From NCBI GenBank assembly GCA_050084985.1, contig JBITNC010000001.1, positions 73,966,001-74,030,000 of the forward strand: a stretch of DNA of 64,000 nucleotides, in the 5' to 3' direction. The position numbers and the translations under genes are program-made. The DNA is from Nageia nagi. Taxonomy: Eukaryota > Plantae > Pinophyta. A model generated the notes under the pieces. The model made no database searches and had not been told where the DNA came from. It saw only the letters and a program-made list of their open reading frames with translations. Shown in pieces: positions 1-14,953 of this stretch (the stretch's first letter is position 1; every line of letters begins with the position of its first letter).

Positions 1-2385
1 TAATTAGTTTTGATAAAAACCTAATATGAGCCTTTTCAAATACACTATTCATTCTATGAAGAAATCTACCTCATGATGGTTGTTTTTCAATTCTCTTTGG
101 AGATGTCTTCCCATCATTGGAAGACTAGTAAGTTGGGAAATACTCTCCTCATCAATCCTATAGGTCACCTTTCCTATGATGGATTTGTTCCCTTCTCATT
201 ATTGAACAAGTGTCTTAGATAAGGTCTCATCATATCCATGAAGATAATCAATGAATAAACATTATAATTGTATATTGTACTCCATAGTCTCCTATTCTCC
301 TTGTATCTCATATTAATTGCTAGTTCAATTTTTCTAGGATTCATTATGAGCTTCCTAAAAACACTTATATGCAAATTTCCAATCTTCTTGTATAGAGTTT
401 GGGTTAAATAGAGCATGCAAACAATTAATATAGATAGAGTAAAGATTAGTACACATGCATCAAGAACATTAATTGTATCATGAATCTTATCTTCTTGAGG
501 CTTTGACATGATAGTTTGCACCAAGTAAGCATGATAGCAAACTAAGCAAGGGTATATGAGCTAATGATGGTATATATTCAATACATTTCTAATAATCCTT
601 CTGTGTGCATTACCATTATACATTATCTAGAGTTAGATACCAAACCCAACTACTATGATTTCAAAGTTGCTCCACAATCTTATGTTTAGTAAAGTAATTA
701 ACATTGGATTGTTGAATTTAAAAAACCCCATTTTCCTACATGTCCATATTTTATGAATCTATTAGTCATGATTAAGATATTCTCCATGAATAAATTGATA
801 TCTTGCTAGAAAGTTTCCTTAGGCTTTGAGATGATCCCCTTAAATATGTGTGAGTTTCTCTCATGCCAAAGACTTCACCACACATGAGAAAGTAAAATGG
901 TATTCATATATTTTTGTTTCTTCAAATGATATAAAAAGTGTCATTGATCAAAGAGGTCTTGTCTATTACTTGGCATAACCCAAGCCATGTCAATGCTTTG
1001 AAGAACTAATCCCATGACTTGATAAGTAAATATGCAATGAAACAAAATATGGTTTTGGATCTCATCCACCTAGTGATAGAGGAAACATTTAACTTCTAAT
1101 TGAAATCCTTTATGATTGAGCACATCAATGGTTAAAATTGCTCAATGAGTAGTCATCCATAGGAAGACTACTAGTTTAGGAAGAAGACCCTTAGTCTAGA
1201 TCTTGTTCCATATCTTATTAACATAAACATTACTATGAAGCCAATTAATTACCTCCTTAATACTAAACCTAACTTTATTCACAATTCTACAATAAATTTG
1301 GTTTTCCATATTTGTATCATGAAGCTTATTTTTTTATACTTTTCAAAACTTGTTTAATTGACCATTAAAACTACTATTAATACTTCCTTTATGTTCCATT
1401 CTGCACTACAATCTTGAATTTTGATATAATTGTGTGCTTTAACACCTTGATGTATCATATCCTAGTTTTTCATAGTTTTAAATACCTTATAAGTGATGAG
1501 GAGACAATCTCTAACCCAAGTATCCTCTCAAAAGAAAACATGATTGCCATTTTTATTTCCCATCTAACATTTGGGAGAAGAATTTGTTTCATAGCTCTCA
1601 AACCATTTGAGAAGGCAAACCCAATAGGCATATTCTTAATTCAAATAAATAAATTGTAACCTTCTTAATATTTAGCTTTACATATACTCACCCAATTCAC
1701 ATTTTCTTCTATCTATAATTTTCAAGCCATCTTAGTTCTCATTGTCTTTCTTAAGTGTTTCATTCTCCTTAATCCTAGACCCCCCCTTTTTTATGGAAAA
1801 TCTTATCCCAAGCCATAAGGGACTATTTTCATTTTTCTTTAGTACTAGACTACATAAATTAATGACAAATGTGATCAATTTCATGGCATACTAAAATTGG
1901 AGTGTTGTTTTGATTAGCTGTAGTTTGCCTACATGAATCAAAATTGCCTCTTCCATCCTTGAAGCTTTGAGTTAATCTTAAAAATAACAAATTCCTAGAA
2001 TCCCTTCTTTAAGCTCCCAAAAAATGAAGGCATGCCCAGATACACTGATGGTAAGGTACCTTCCTTGCAATTGAAAATTTTATCTATTTTTTCCTATCTC
2101 TCCACTAGAGTATTGAAAAAGAAAATGTTATTTTTTTGAAAATTTACCTTTTTTGAAAAGCTTGTTCATAAAGTTTTAAAGCATTCATAAAACTTTGAGC
2201 CTCTCTCACTGATGCTTTACTAATCATTATTGTGTCATAAACAAATTGATGATGAGATATGGGCTCACAATTTGGAACAAGTTTCATACCATGAATATGA
2301 CCAAGTTTTCTCTTTTTACTTATCAACATCCCTAGAGCTTCAACCATTATAATGAAAAAAAAAGGGGAAATAGGATCACCTTAGT
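1..2385 (-). mobile_element. Degenerate L1-type LINE, 3' part of ORF2 (RT C-terminal half, zf-RVT, RNase H-like), 5'-truncated
   Basis: Minus strand at 2385 reads (Q)GDPISPFFFIIMVEALGMLI...ISHHQFVYDT, the plant LINE RT motifs QGDPLSP and HQQFADDT. Decayed downstream ORF2 residues continue toward position 1. Many stops. Confidence 0.85.
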
Positions 2386-3762
2386 GAGGTTTATATTCAT
2401 ATATGAATTTTCTACAAAATGTACATATATAGAAAATATGAATAATCATTACTTATGTAACAATACTAAGTTGTTTAATAATGTAAGAATTTGTTTAAAA
2501 TATGCAAAAAAATGATTATAATACTACATCATGCAATAATTATTTACCTTTAAATGAAATTATAGCAAAAAATTATTGTTAAACTTAATATTCTTTTATT
2601 TTCTAAACACTTCACAAATTCAACCCATGCATTTCTTTTGTTTGAAATAAATGCAAACATAGGAAAATAATAATAGTTTTGCCTTATACCATAAGTGAAG
2701 TAAATTTACAAATTTCGAATAATGATTCATGTAATTAAATAATGCAATTTCGTTCTTAACTTTTTATCAAGAAAATTCATGTGTACTAATCATTGTGAAC
2801 TATTAACTCATAGATACAATGATAATATAAATAATTGATTGAAATGGCATGAAAATGTTTCTAAACCCTTGGTTAACTGGTCATAAAATGAGTGAAGCAT
2901 AATGTCAAACATATGAAGTGAATAGTGATGAATAGCCAAAAGGAATGCAACATGTAACTATGAAGTACTATGATATTCCTTACAGATATGTACATTCATC
3001 AAAGGAGTTAAAATAATGTTGTTATAGATACAACACTTGAAATGCATATTTTAATAAAATTGGATTATGTACAACTAGATAGTATTCTATAATTTTGTAA
3101 GAATTATCATGATTGTAACCTTGAACTAATTTGAATAATTATAAGGCTTGTTCTTCCATATGTAAATAAATGTATGCTAAATGTTCATCATGTAGTCTTA
3201 TGAAGCAAATAAGATTATTTGATGTGTAATATTAAAAAATATTTTAAAGATACCTTTAATTAATTAGATAATTTACCAAAGTAATTTGTTCTAATGATTA
3301 GAATTCAAATAAGAAAACATGGCTTAATTAAATGGCCAATGTGAGCTTGGTACCTAATGTATCACATACTATAGATTAAGAAAAATTTAGAATTAAATAC
3401 ATTTACAATGTTGGATAGTGCAACATTCACACAAATAATACATTTATATCTATTGCAAAGCTTTTATCTAGTACTATGATTTGGTATTTAATGGTACTTT
3501 TATATCTAGTATTTATGCACCAATATTTTCCTATTTGGGGTTGGTTTAATTCAAGGGACTTTGCCATATAAAAATAGCTTTTAGCTAAATATATTTGCAA
3601 ATTTGCTATGCTCATATCATATACTGTAATAATCCTTGATATGCATTATTACTATTCTCTTAATGTTAAAAATATTTTTGCAATAGTATATATAAATATA
3701 TATATTACTCATTCCTCATTGAAAAAAATATTTCAACAAGGGAGAGTTTTTACCATTTTTAC

Positions 3763-3809
3763 CTGATAAGCAACTTTGTCTTTAACAAAATCATCTATGA
3801 ACTTGTACC
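3763..3809 (-). other. Candidate 47-nt exon of an unidentified gene (host or TE-borne)
   Basis: Minus strand ttattttgtag|GGTACAAG...GCTTATCAG|gtaaaa, with an open frame YKFIDDFVKDKVAYQ. Protein not recognised. Confidence 0.35.
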
Positions 3810-4159
3810 CTACAAAATAAAGTTCATCAATAGTATTATTATATTAATTGTGAGCAAGAATATAAAATAATCACATCCACATCCAAACATGATATAAAAT
3901 TACATCATTCATCCATCAAATCTAACTATTACAAAGCATGAGATAATATAATATCTTTGATATTCTTGGTACTATGGTCCTATTAGGTGGGCCATTACAA
4001 GAAAGCAAGGGAGAGGGTAAAAGAAAAAAATGGTAATATGTATTCTTTGCAAGAGAGAAGCAACTCTCCCTTAGAAGCTAATTGAGGAAAATATTTGGAA
4101 TAAACATTAGAAATGATTTGAAAATAAATAAATATTTTATTACGAAGGTGCAATGTTAT

Positions 4160-4720
4160 TAAATGAAATCAATCCATACTATATCAAAACATTTTATGAA
4201 AAGCAAGAATAAAAACATAGGTAAGGCATAAGAAATAAGTTTTCAAGAAAGACTTATGATTATAATTATGAATTTGTTATACATGTTTATATAGATATAT
4301 TAAGATTAATTTGTTTTCCAAAAGTAGTTGTAATTCTAAATATTCTTAATATTCCATTCATTCTAAATATACCTAGAGAATGAGTAGTTCATACATTATA
4401 TTATAGGAGAATAATACATCCAGTTAATGCTTTTAAATGCAATCAATCCATATTACATCAAAGAAGTTTTATGATAAGTAAGAATACAAATGTAGGTAAT
4501 CCATAAGAATTAGGTCATTAAGTAAGAGTTATAATTATGATTATGGATTTATTATAGATGTTTATATTGATCTATTAGCACCTATTTGTTATCCAAAAGT
4601 GGTTTGTATTATAAGTATTATCAATATTCTATTCATTGTATAGATACCTAGATAATGACTAATTCCTATAGATTACATATTGAGTTTAAATAATATTTTA
4701 GGAGAAAAATACATCAAGTA
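4160..4720. repeat. Old direct tandem duplication, about 275-bp unit, two copies
   Basis: aaatgaaatcaatccatactatatcaaa... at about 4161 and aaatgcaatcaatccatattacatcaaa... at about 4435 stay collinear through to ggagaa(t/a)aatacatc. Confidence 0.8.
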
Positions 4721-4899
4721 ATATTTCATTTAGCCCCATTGCATGCAATTGGATGGTTTAAACAATAAGATAAATAAGGGATACACATTATTGGAGAAGA
4801 TTTAAAAGGATAGTATTGGAAAGGATTGATAGAAATAACCTAGCCTTGTGCACTATCAAAATTATGGAAATTAGGAAATATACCTTTATCCATGATTAT

Positions 4900-7173
4900 A
4901 TTAGTGAATTAATAAGCATATTAAATTTTTAAGACATCTACACATAAATATATAAGTAATAGCATTCCAACATTGTCTCAATAAAGAAATTAAATCCAAA
5001 TTATATGTACAAGATCCAATGATATTAAAGGAGGTAAAAGAATTACATGTATAGTACAACCCAAGGTCTCTTAAAAAAAAGTTAAAGAAGATGATAATTA
5101 AGATATATGCATTTCTATATCACAAGTGGAAAAGAATAATTAGTAGGAATTCATCATAAATATAATAGAAAATATCTTGTGAAGCATTTCCCACCATTCC
5201 TAGGAACACAAAGCCTTGTGAAGCATGTATCCTAGGAAAGAACATCAAAGAACCTTTTATTGATTCTAAATTTAGAGCATGTAGAAAACTAGAACTCATA
5301 AACTTTAATTTATGTGGAATATTTATTTTCTCTTATACTTCTAGAAATAAAAATATTATTACTCTTACTTATGATTATATTAGGATGTGTTGCGTATATT
5401 TATTGAAAAATAAGTCTAAATATTTTGAAAAGTTTAAGCAATTTCATGTTATGATTAAGAAATTATCATACACTCATATTGGTACTCTTTATTATTATAA
5501 TGTTATTGAATACACATTAAATAAATTCAAAAACTATCTAAATCATATGAGTGGGCTATTGTTCATTATTTTTTAGCAATGCCATCACAGTATGCATGGA
5601 ATGTTACTAGATAGATGTGAAGACTTCTTTCTTGAATGATGATTTGAAAGAGAATATTACATGAAATAAATAAAAATATTTGCAATTAAGGGTCAAGAAG
5701 ACAATGCATGCAATCCCATAAGGTCCTTATGTGGCATTAAATAAGATCCTACATGGTAAGAAAATATTACTAAAAATTTCTTGAAGATTAATTTTGAATA
5801 CTTTAATATTGATGATGCAACTTTATTTATCATAAGTATTAGAAAAATTGTTGTATATCTTATGGTGTAAATAGATGATATTTTGATAACATATAAAATT
5901 GAAATTTAAATTATATTAATGAAAATTATAAAGAAAGTTTTTGAAATGATATATATGGGACATCTTCATTACTTCTTAGGCATTAAACTGACACAAAATT
6001 CAAGGTACATTGGATATTTACAAAATAGATTTGTTATGGAAGATTGTAATTCTTTTCTACTCTAATGGAATAAAATTTGAAGCTCAAATCTATTAAATGT
6101 CATACATTTTAGGATGCTACAAAGTATAGTTCACTTATAAGAAGTATTATTTATCTAACCATAACTAGATCAAATATTTCATTTATAGTTATAATTCTAT
6201 CTTAATTTATGCCAAAAACATGTAGAGGGCATTGGAATGTAGCATTGAAAAGAGTTAAAAAATATTTGAAATGGATATAATAATTAGGGCTCTAGTATTC
6301 TAAGGTGGGAGACTTCAAATCGATTGGATATATAGCTTCAAAATTTTGTGGAGATGAAGAAAATGGAGTTTCAACTTTAGGATATGTCATGAGTATTGGA
6401 TCAAATGCTATCTCTTGGAGATCATGAAGGAAATTCATTTTGAAATATTCCAATATATATGTAGTGTATATCACCACTACAAAGATAACAAAGGAGATTG
6501 TGTGGCTTAGAAAGATACTAGAAGATTTGTAGAAGGAATAGGTGCATCCAAATCTACTTCTAATTGATAATATATTTGAAATCTAATTAGATAAAAATCC
6601 TTAATTTCATGATCAAGAAAATAATATCAACACTAAGTATTATTTGATTTGATATCATTCAAAGTTCAAGACAATTAATTCAAGGGAGACATTATTCCAT
6701 ATATGATAAAGAAAATTTTGAGAAGTTCAAGAATATGATTGGACTTACAATTACATCTTCAAATTAAAGGGGTATTGTTGGAAACCTAATCCTTAGGGAT
6801 TATGGTATTTGTATTATAATACTAGCATTTACTATATTTAGTAAATTAGTAGCATAGAGTATAGTGTAATACTAAGAGTCATATGTTAATGAATAGGAAG
6901 ATTTCTTTAAGGATCTCAAAGGTCACCTAAGAAGGTGAATGCATACCATATTTTTACAATGTATTAACTCTCATTTCCAAGCTAATACAATATTTTTGAG
7001 CTTGATATAATGAATAACCTATCCCTTGTAGTCAAATAAAATTATCAAAAATAAACCTAAGTTGATCAACCACTTGTTATAAATTCTATGATTTTTACCC
7101 ATTTGTTAGCTACAAATCTTAATTATCATATGCATATATGATAAATCTCATCAGTTACCTAATTATACCAACA
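4900..7173 (+). mobile_element. Decayed Ty1/Copia fragment (integrase N-part, RT, RNase H, PPT, 3' LTR) with an internal deletion
   Basis: CEACILGK at about 5218; integrase ORF 5385-5576; jump into RT (DVKTSFLN-like at about 5615); RNase H remnants to about 6760; PPT aaagggg at about 6766; LTR TGTTG(6776)...CCAACA(7173). Confidence 0.85.
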
Positions 7174-8611
7174 ATGTATTAATTTTTTGCTCATTAAAAT
7201 TAAAACAAACTTCAAAATAGAGGGGAAAATAAAATAAATATCTATGTCAAATAGAGGATATGTGGTGATTAGCAGGAAGTGTTGGTTAACATATATTATC
7301 AACCATTATTGTATTTTCTCTAGCAAAATGGTGATTTAATAGTATGGTAAATGATAAGAAATTAACAAAATAACCATTGAAAGTGGGAAATACATAGAAA
7401 ATATCAAGATACTCTACTAATAATTAATTCATATTCCTCTATTGATACTTATTTAGTAGAAAGTCACTTAGAAATGTAAGGGTTATATGGAAATCAATGA
7501 TCAACTACACTAATGATAGACTCTCTATTATAATTTGATGAAGATCAATAAAGGGATATAAAATAAATGAAAACAAAGGTCAATATGGAAATATGTCATG
7601 CAAAAAGATAACCTATTAGATATTACTTACTTACCATAATTGATAATAATATGGTAGATGAATTAGTAAGTTAATATTTATTGGTGATAAGGGAATTAAT
7701 TCAACACATGTGAGAAATATCTAACATTCCACCAATCATTTTGCTTCCACTATGATTGTTCAAACCCTAACAAAAAGTAAATAAAACATGGCTAGCAAAA
7801 TATGGCTAAGGAAAATGTTAGAGATAAATATCATTAAATAAAATAGTATTCAATAGAGATCAATTAAATACCATTATCTTATTAAACCCATTAAAAGGAA
7901 CTTACAGATTATGAAAATTGCCAAGGAAAGATATCATAATAGTAAACATTTTTAATCAACCATTAGACCAAGCTGCTAATGAAGATAATTGGCAATATGA
8001 AAATAAAACTACCAAAAGTAGAATCATTTCATTATTTATTTGAACTAATGGCTAAGAATTTATTGCAAGAAAACTAAGTCAAAATTAAAAAGAAAAATAA
8101 CAAGTGATAAAACTAAAAATAACAATTAAATAAAAACTTATCATGTCATTAGCAAGGAGATCCTTGTAGTGTATCTAATGGATAACATTTAAATTACTTG
8201 GGATATGATTATATATATAATATAAATATTAATTAGTATGAATAAAATAGAATTTATAGGCTCTAGATGATTTATAATCTCAATCTTACTCTAAACCAAA
8301 GTCACTCATCTCATTTACTTAAGCTAGTGAAAGATAAATTATATGTTCCATGAAAGTTATAGAGGTATCACTCTAGCAAAAGGAAATGCAATAAGAAAGA
8401 AATTTTAAAGTTAATACTTTGATAAGAAAAACTAATTCTAAGGTGTATTTGTAACCTAATGCAAGTTCTCCTTCTTAGTAGAATAGTTTGAGAGCTATTG
8501 AAGAAAACACAATACTAAAGAGGCTTAAAGCAAATAACAATGTATTGATGTATAGAAGTACTCTAAAAATGTTGCATCTTTACCATATTGAATAGTTTCT
8601 TAAGGGTTTAC

Positions 8612-8874
8612 TAATTTTTAAACTGTAGTTTAAGAGTTTACTTTGGATCTCACACTTAATTTCTTTTAGTGCTCAAAGAAATAAATGCACACAAAAAAAT
8701 ACACAAAATGATGCACTATAATATTTTACCCAAGTTCACTTGATATGGGTTACATCCTATAATTGTGATACATTATAATAGGTAGCATGTTATAATATCA
8801 TTTGCATGATCTCCATTCTTCATCCTTTTAGCTTGTTGAAGCTAATTCACAACAACATTGTAGGTCTTTACTAA
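8612..8874 (-). repeat. Left part of the first LTR of the tandem non-autonomous LTR element, split by the Gypsy insertion
   Basis: Collinear with 49382-49640 and 52450-52710. The unit sequence resumes at 47514 after the Gypsy. Confidence 0.85.
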
Positions 8875-11800
8875 TTTCATGACCCTCAAAAGTACTCTTC
8901 TTATTCTTCCTACTAATCTTGAATTACTTGATTTGAAAAGCTTAAGCACCTATTTATTTTCATGAAGTGACAATTTGATGTTTTATCTCCATAGTTGTGA
9001 AGGTTTATGAAATCCCTATGTTGGACTAAAAATCCTATAGTGTATTTAGGTGTTAAAGTTATTAAATTATTATTTTAAATGATAAATGCCTTATAATACT
9101 ATGAGCTATATTTTTACTAGATATTATATATGTCTTGGCACTAACATAAGGGAGGTAAGTTTAATTAAAGCCACACTAATGGTTGATATGAGTTGGATGA
9201 AAATAATTTAAAAGGGATATAAATCTTATAGACAACTTAAAGAGTTTGTTAGACCTATCATATTTGAATTATCTAGCCTAACCTTTGTAATATAAGGTAT
9301 GGAACTTTTAGCTAAGAGTTTAATTAATAAGGAAGGAGGGGAATTTTTGAATGTAGAGAGTGTACATCTCTTTTACCACACATGGGTATTTGATTGATTG
9401 TTCTTCACTAACTTGGAAAACCCTAGAAGATTTAGTTTTTTCAATCATTCCTTGTATTGGGAATGCAATGATGGGGAAATGTGGTTTGCATCTTATCCTC
9501 TTTCCATAATAAGAGTTTTTTGAGGATGGTATAATGTTATTTAACATGTACATTTACCGTTATTTCTATGAGAGGGCCTTACATTGCAATGATATTTTTA
9601 TTTATCCTCTACAAATTTGTAGGGTTTAAAATAGAAGCCATGAGGCTTTCTCTAATATGGGAGACTTTTCTGGAGTCATGGGTAGTTATATATTGGTGGC
9701 TATTCACATGGGTGGGGAAGATAAACCCCTATATGAAGGAGCCTCTATAATTTCTATTGAGGAGATATTAGAAGCTAGATCTTGGTGTTTTGGAGAGGTG
9801 TTCATGTTCATATGGGTTCTTGAACAACATGACCTTATTATGTTTATGTGGAGGTTTGATTGGTTTCATCTCTACTTACTTGTAAGTGGGGTTTCACCTT
9901 TTGTTAGGGTTACAAAGTAGCCATAGCTTCTTTTTATATTCACATATCCTTTAGTAATGCATTATGATATGGGATTAATAGCTCAAAATCATAATAAAGA
10001 ATAAGGATTTTGGGCACATTCTTTTTTTCATTCAAAGCAAAAAATAAAATATTAATATTCATTTATTACATAATATTTCATTTTGGAAGAAAGCGTTAAA
10101 TTTAATAATAAAGATTTCATTATTATGCTACATCTTACATACATTCATATGAGATTCCTAACCGGTAGAATAATGTAAATCCAACAAGGAAATTGTGTGA
10201 CCTTGCTAACTCAATAAAGTGTTAAGAACACTATAAGAGATAGCAAACTTGACTGGTAATTTAAGTTAACTTATCCTTAGAATAGAGAGTCTTAACTTAG
10301 CCAAACTTGTAACTTGACCCAACTTGTAGGTTCGTATTGTAGTATATATTGTATTACTTACTTTATTTCATAAATGGAAGCTTTCATTCCATAGAGTATT
10401 TACTTCATTTAGCATAAATGGAATCTTGCATTATGTAGAGTGTTTCCTTAATTTATTATTATTGTTGTTATGTCACTTGTATAACTAACATGGGTGTAAA
10501 CACACTTACTAAGAATGCATTTCCCATGCCTCATATGTCTTTTTGAGAATAGGAACTAAACCCATGAACTAGGGTTGAAGAAGTAAACTATGGATTCTAT
10601 TGGCATCTTTTAACATAAATCTCATTTTTACATATAGGAGTCTATATTGTGGAGTGTTTCTAGATTATTTAAATTTTGGTTTGATTATAATGTAATTAAA
10701 AGATAGATGTTGTTTAGCATTAGCTTTCTGAGGTCCCTTGAGTGTTTAGTTAATTTATTATTATTATTGTTATGTCACTTGTATAACTAACATGGGTGTA
10801 AACACCCTTACTGAGAATGCATTTCTCATCCCTCATCTATGTTTTTGAGAATAGGAAATAAACCCTTGAACTAGGGTTGAAGAAGTAAACTATGGATTCT
10901 ATGGGCATCTTTTAACATAAATCTCATTTTTACATATAGGAGTCTATATTGTGGAGTGTTTCTAGATTGTTTAAATTTTGGTTTGATTATAATGTAATTA
11001 AAAGATAGATGTTGTTTAGCATTAGCTTTCTCATGTCCCTTAAGGCTGAATTTTGAAATGAAAGAATTAGACCATATGGATATAACATTTATGTAATGTT
11101 AATCTAGTTTATTAGACTTAGAAATATATACCTTAATTATGTTTAGTTTTTCACTTGATAACATACTAAAATGCATGTATGAATTATGTTTCAAAATGTT
11201 TCTTTGAGTAGTTACTTCCTATTAATCTCCTCTAAAATGAATTAAATAGTGAAACTATCATTGTATATGGATTTTAACTTGTAAATGCTAGTATAAACAT
11301 GTTATTTAGATGAGAGACCTTATCCAAAAATCATTTGTAATGATACACTAATTAGGAATAAAATGAATGATACCAATAAATTTGAGTTAGTGTTATGTAA
11401 AGTGAAATAAACTTGAAATGAGCTTTAATGTTTCTTTAAATAGGTAGGTTATTAATTGGAAAAAGAGGAGTTTAAAATCAATCTCCTTAGCTTAAACTCT
11501 AAATACATTCATCTATGCCATTTGTACAAATGTTTAACCATTGGAAAATCTTGAATAATGTGCTTACTACTTTATATTTAAATAAATGATCTATGAGAGA
11601 AGAGTGTTCCTAAAGTAAAATTATGTCAAACTATTATACTTAGATAAATGGGTTAGCACATGTCTAAATCCTTAAGCAAAAGTTTGAATGCATTTAGTAA
11701 AAATCTGAAATGTTTACAACCAATCCATATCATTACATCTTAGAATCTCAAAGTACAAAATTAGACAACCTTTACATACATTACAATTGTAGAATAAAAA

Positions 11801-12130
11801 ATGAACAATGAGGAAGGTAATAACTTGTGTAAAGTGTAATATGGTTCCCAATGAAGGTAATCAGAGAACAAAATCCATAGATGAATCATATTCTAAAAAT
11901 TTTCAAACCTAGGATAGGTTACAATCATTATGATTATCTAGTAGTAATGATTTTGCTAGAGGAAGTTTTCTATGTCTGTAACACTATCTTAAATGAAAAT
12001 GCAAACTTAGTTCTCACTATTTGTTGATATGAGTTATTTGCACAAAAATAAAAAAAAAAAACATTATGAAACCTTGATTAGTATGCAATTAAAAGATGTA
12101 AGCAAATAATATAAAATTGAGTATTTTACA
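8875..12130 (+). repeat. Gypsy 5' LTR (about 3.26 kb)
   Basis: Aligns along its length with 44593-47513; ends ...gagtattttaCA, followed by the PBS. Confidence 0.9.
10437..11040. repeat. About 300-bp tandem duplication inside the 5' LTR
   Basis: 10440-10740 and 10741-11040 are near identical; a single copy lies at about 46185-46490 in the 3' LTR. Confidence 0.9.
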
Positions 12131-12132
12131 AT

Positions 12133-12146
12133 TGGTATTAGAGACC
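12133..12146 (+). promoter_or_regulatory. Primer-binding site (tRNA-iMet) of the Gypsy
   Basis: tggtattagagacc, a decayed TGGTATCAGAGCC, 2 nt after the LTR end. Confidence 0.8.
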
Positions 12147-12201
12147 ATGATTTAAATCCTATTTTCTTAAGTCTTCATAACTATTTTTCTAATAGAAGAA
12201 A

Positions 12202-14185
12202 ATGGTTGAGAATCATACAAGAAAAGATGGGTTTAGGGTTCATGGTAGAGGAAGGGACAAAGGTAGGGGTAGAATAAATATTCCTCAACATAATGTCTCA
12301 AATTTTTATATTATTGAGTCTATTAATAGCCTAAGATTAAATCAACTTGATCAAGTCATACAACAAGGGAATGTTGATAATGATAAGGTTGATATTCATG
12401 TAGTAGTGTAAAAAATGAGAAAGCAACTTCATGAAAATCAATAATTGATTACCCAACTCTAAAACATCCAACCTAGGATGGAAATCAAGGGATGTTCTTC
12501 ATGATCCTTTATTACAATTGAGAGCTCTAGTTACTACTAAAATCACTAAGAACATGAGACACTTACGTACCTCTAAGATTAGTGGAAAAATTGTAGAGGA
12601 TGCTGAAGGATGGATAACAAAGTTAGAGTCTCATTTTTTGATAAAAGGATATGGTCTAAATACTAGGACCACTATGGTAGCTTTATGACTAACATAATCT
12701 ACATCTGAATGGTGGCATATCTTTTTGGTGAACCCAAATAGATAAATTACTAATGTAAATTAGAATGAGTTTGTCAAACTCTTCAAGAAGAGGTACTTAA
12801 CAAACTAGTATTACATAGAAAGGTAAAATTAATTTTTCAAGTTAGAATAGAAAACCTCTTGGTTGAAGCATACTATCAATAATTCATCAAACATTTGAAA
12901 TACATGACAACTTTTGAAAGGGATGAAAATTGAAGATAGATTTACTTTCATGCTTGAAACTAGAATTGAAATTGTTGTTAACCTTCATGAGCCTAATTCA
13001 GTTCAAAAATCCTTTAATCTTGTAAAAAGGGAGGAGCTAAATTTGGATTCAAGGAAGATAGCATCTAACTAATTTAGAGCTAATAATGTTGAATAGAATA
13101 GGAATGAAAATAAAAAGTGTCCCAAATAACTTTGTTAGTTTGAAAATTGAAAGAAAAATCCACCTATTGATGAAACAAAATAGGATAGAATGGTGCAAAA
13201 CTCATCTAATCATCAAAATAGAACTAGGAAGAACATTAGCATTATGAAGATTATAATAGAGATCCAAAAAGAAATAGGTCTAATGTAAATGGACCAAACT
13301 TTGAGTCAAACTCTAGGAACCAAAATAAATCTACCTTGCCAAAAGTAGGGTGTTACCACCGTGGAGGGAGGCATTTCCTTGGTCAATATCCCAAAAAGGA
13401 AGATTACAAAGGAGATAAACCAACTCCCAAGGAGAACCACCACATTTATGCTGATACCAATAAGTAGGACATGGGAAATCAAGTTTTAAGCATCATTCTT
13501 GAAGGTAATATTTATAACCATCATATCTCTATGTTAATTTACCATGGTTCTTTTGAAAGCTTTGTTTCTTTATATTTACTAGAGAGGTTATCTATTAAAC
13601 CTAAAAAATTTGCTAAGCCTTGGAATATAAAGTTTGCCTCTATTCAAATATGCAAGGTTAAATATTATTTATCTATTTTAAAAGTATCTTTACTAGGTTC
13701 TGAATCAAAATTACCTTTACATGTAATACCCCTACTTTCTTATGAAGTCATCTTGGGGATAGATTGGTTAACTCAATCTAATGTTAAAGTTAATTTTTTT
13801 GATAAAATAGTAAAAGTTTTAGATGAAAAAGGGAACAAATAAATTTTATCCAATATTAATAAAAACTTCAGCATTCACCCTCTTTTAGTCCTATAGTTTA
13901 TGATAGTAGTGAAGAAGAAATGTCAAAGTTTTGTTGTGCATATGCAACCTTCTAAACAAATTAAAAATCCATATTTTTTTTCAAAAGTTTCTTGTATTAA
14001 AAAATTTTAAGGATGTATTTTCAAAAGAATTATCATGTATTTTATTAGTAAGAAAATTTGATTTATCAATAGACTTGATCCCTAGAGCAGGACCTATCTC
14101 AAGAGCCCCTTATTGTCTGACTACTTTAGAGATGCAAGAATTAAAATTATAGTTACAAGAATTGTTAGAAAAAGGTTTGATACAA
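12202..14185 (+). pseudogene. Gypsy gag, aspartic protease and start of RT
   Basis: Zinc-knuckle remnant at about 13351-13390; protease LIYHGSFESF...YEVILGIDWL (13471-13842); FKDVF...DLSIDLIPRAGPISRAPY...LLEKGLIQ, cut at 14185. Confidence 0.9.
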
Positions 14186-14514
14186 CATTATGCATAGCGA
14201 GAAATATTTACCAATCAACTAACATAAGGTTTTTTAATATTTAAATATTTCAAAAATACAAACCTAGGATATTTCACCATTTAGCCCAAATTTTACAAAA
14301 CAAAAAAAAACAATGGGTTGGCTTGCCAATATTTTATAATTTTTTTATAATGATAAGTGCAAATAGTTGCCTATACCTCCCATATTTTTGCAAGCAATCA
14401 CCTTGAAAATTAAAAAAATTACTTTTTATCAATGAAATCACTAATTATACACCTTATATATATTTTATGAGATTCAATTAGATATACCAACATTTCAACT
14501 TTTCAAGTTCTCTA

Positions 14515-14953
14515 AGATGCTCATTTGTGAGTAATTATAGATGCTTGTTTGTGAGGTATTTTAGATGCTCAAAAATTAAGAAATCTAGATGCTCATATAT
14601 TAGTGATTACAAATTCTCATTTCTATGATATTGCAAATGCTCATCTTTGCATGATTACAAATGCTTATCTATGCAATATTGAAGATGCTCATCTATGAGG
14701 GATTGCAGACACTTATCTATGCAAGATTGCACACTCTCATGGGATTGTAAATAGTCATCCTTGTGAGATTATAAATGCTCATTCATGTGGGATTGTAGAT
14801 GCTCATCTATGTAAGATTCTAGATGCTTATCTATGCAGCATTACAGATGCTCATCTATACAATATTATAGACACTCATTTGTATGGTATTATAGATGCAC
14901 ATTTATGCGATATTACAAATGCTCATCTGTGAGGAATTGTAGATTCTCATTTG
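14515..14953. repeat. 24-bp-period array 1, about 19 units, quasi-palindromic core AGATGCTCATCT
   Basis: Cores start at 14515, 14539, 14563, 14587 and so on; further degenerate units occur to about 15150. Confidence 0.9.

Noticed and set aside
7280-7726. Possible solo LTR (TGTTGG...CTAACA)
   Set aside because: No TSD and no second copy in the window.
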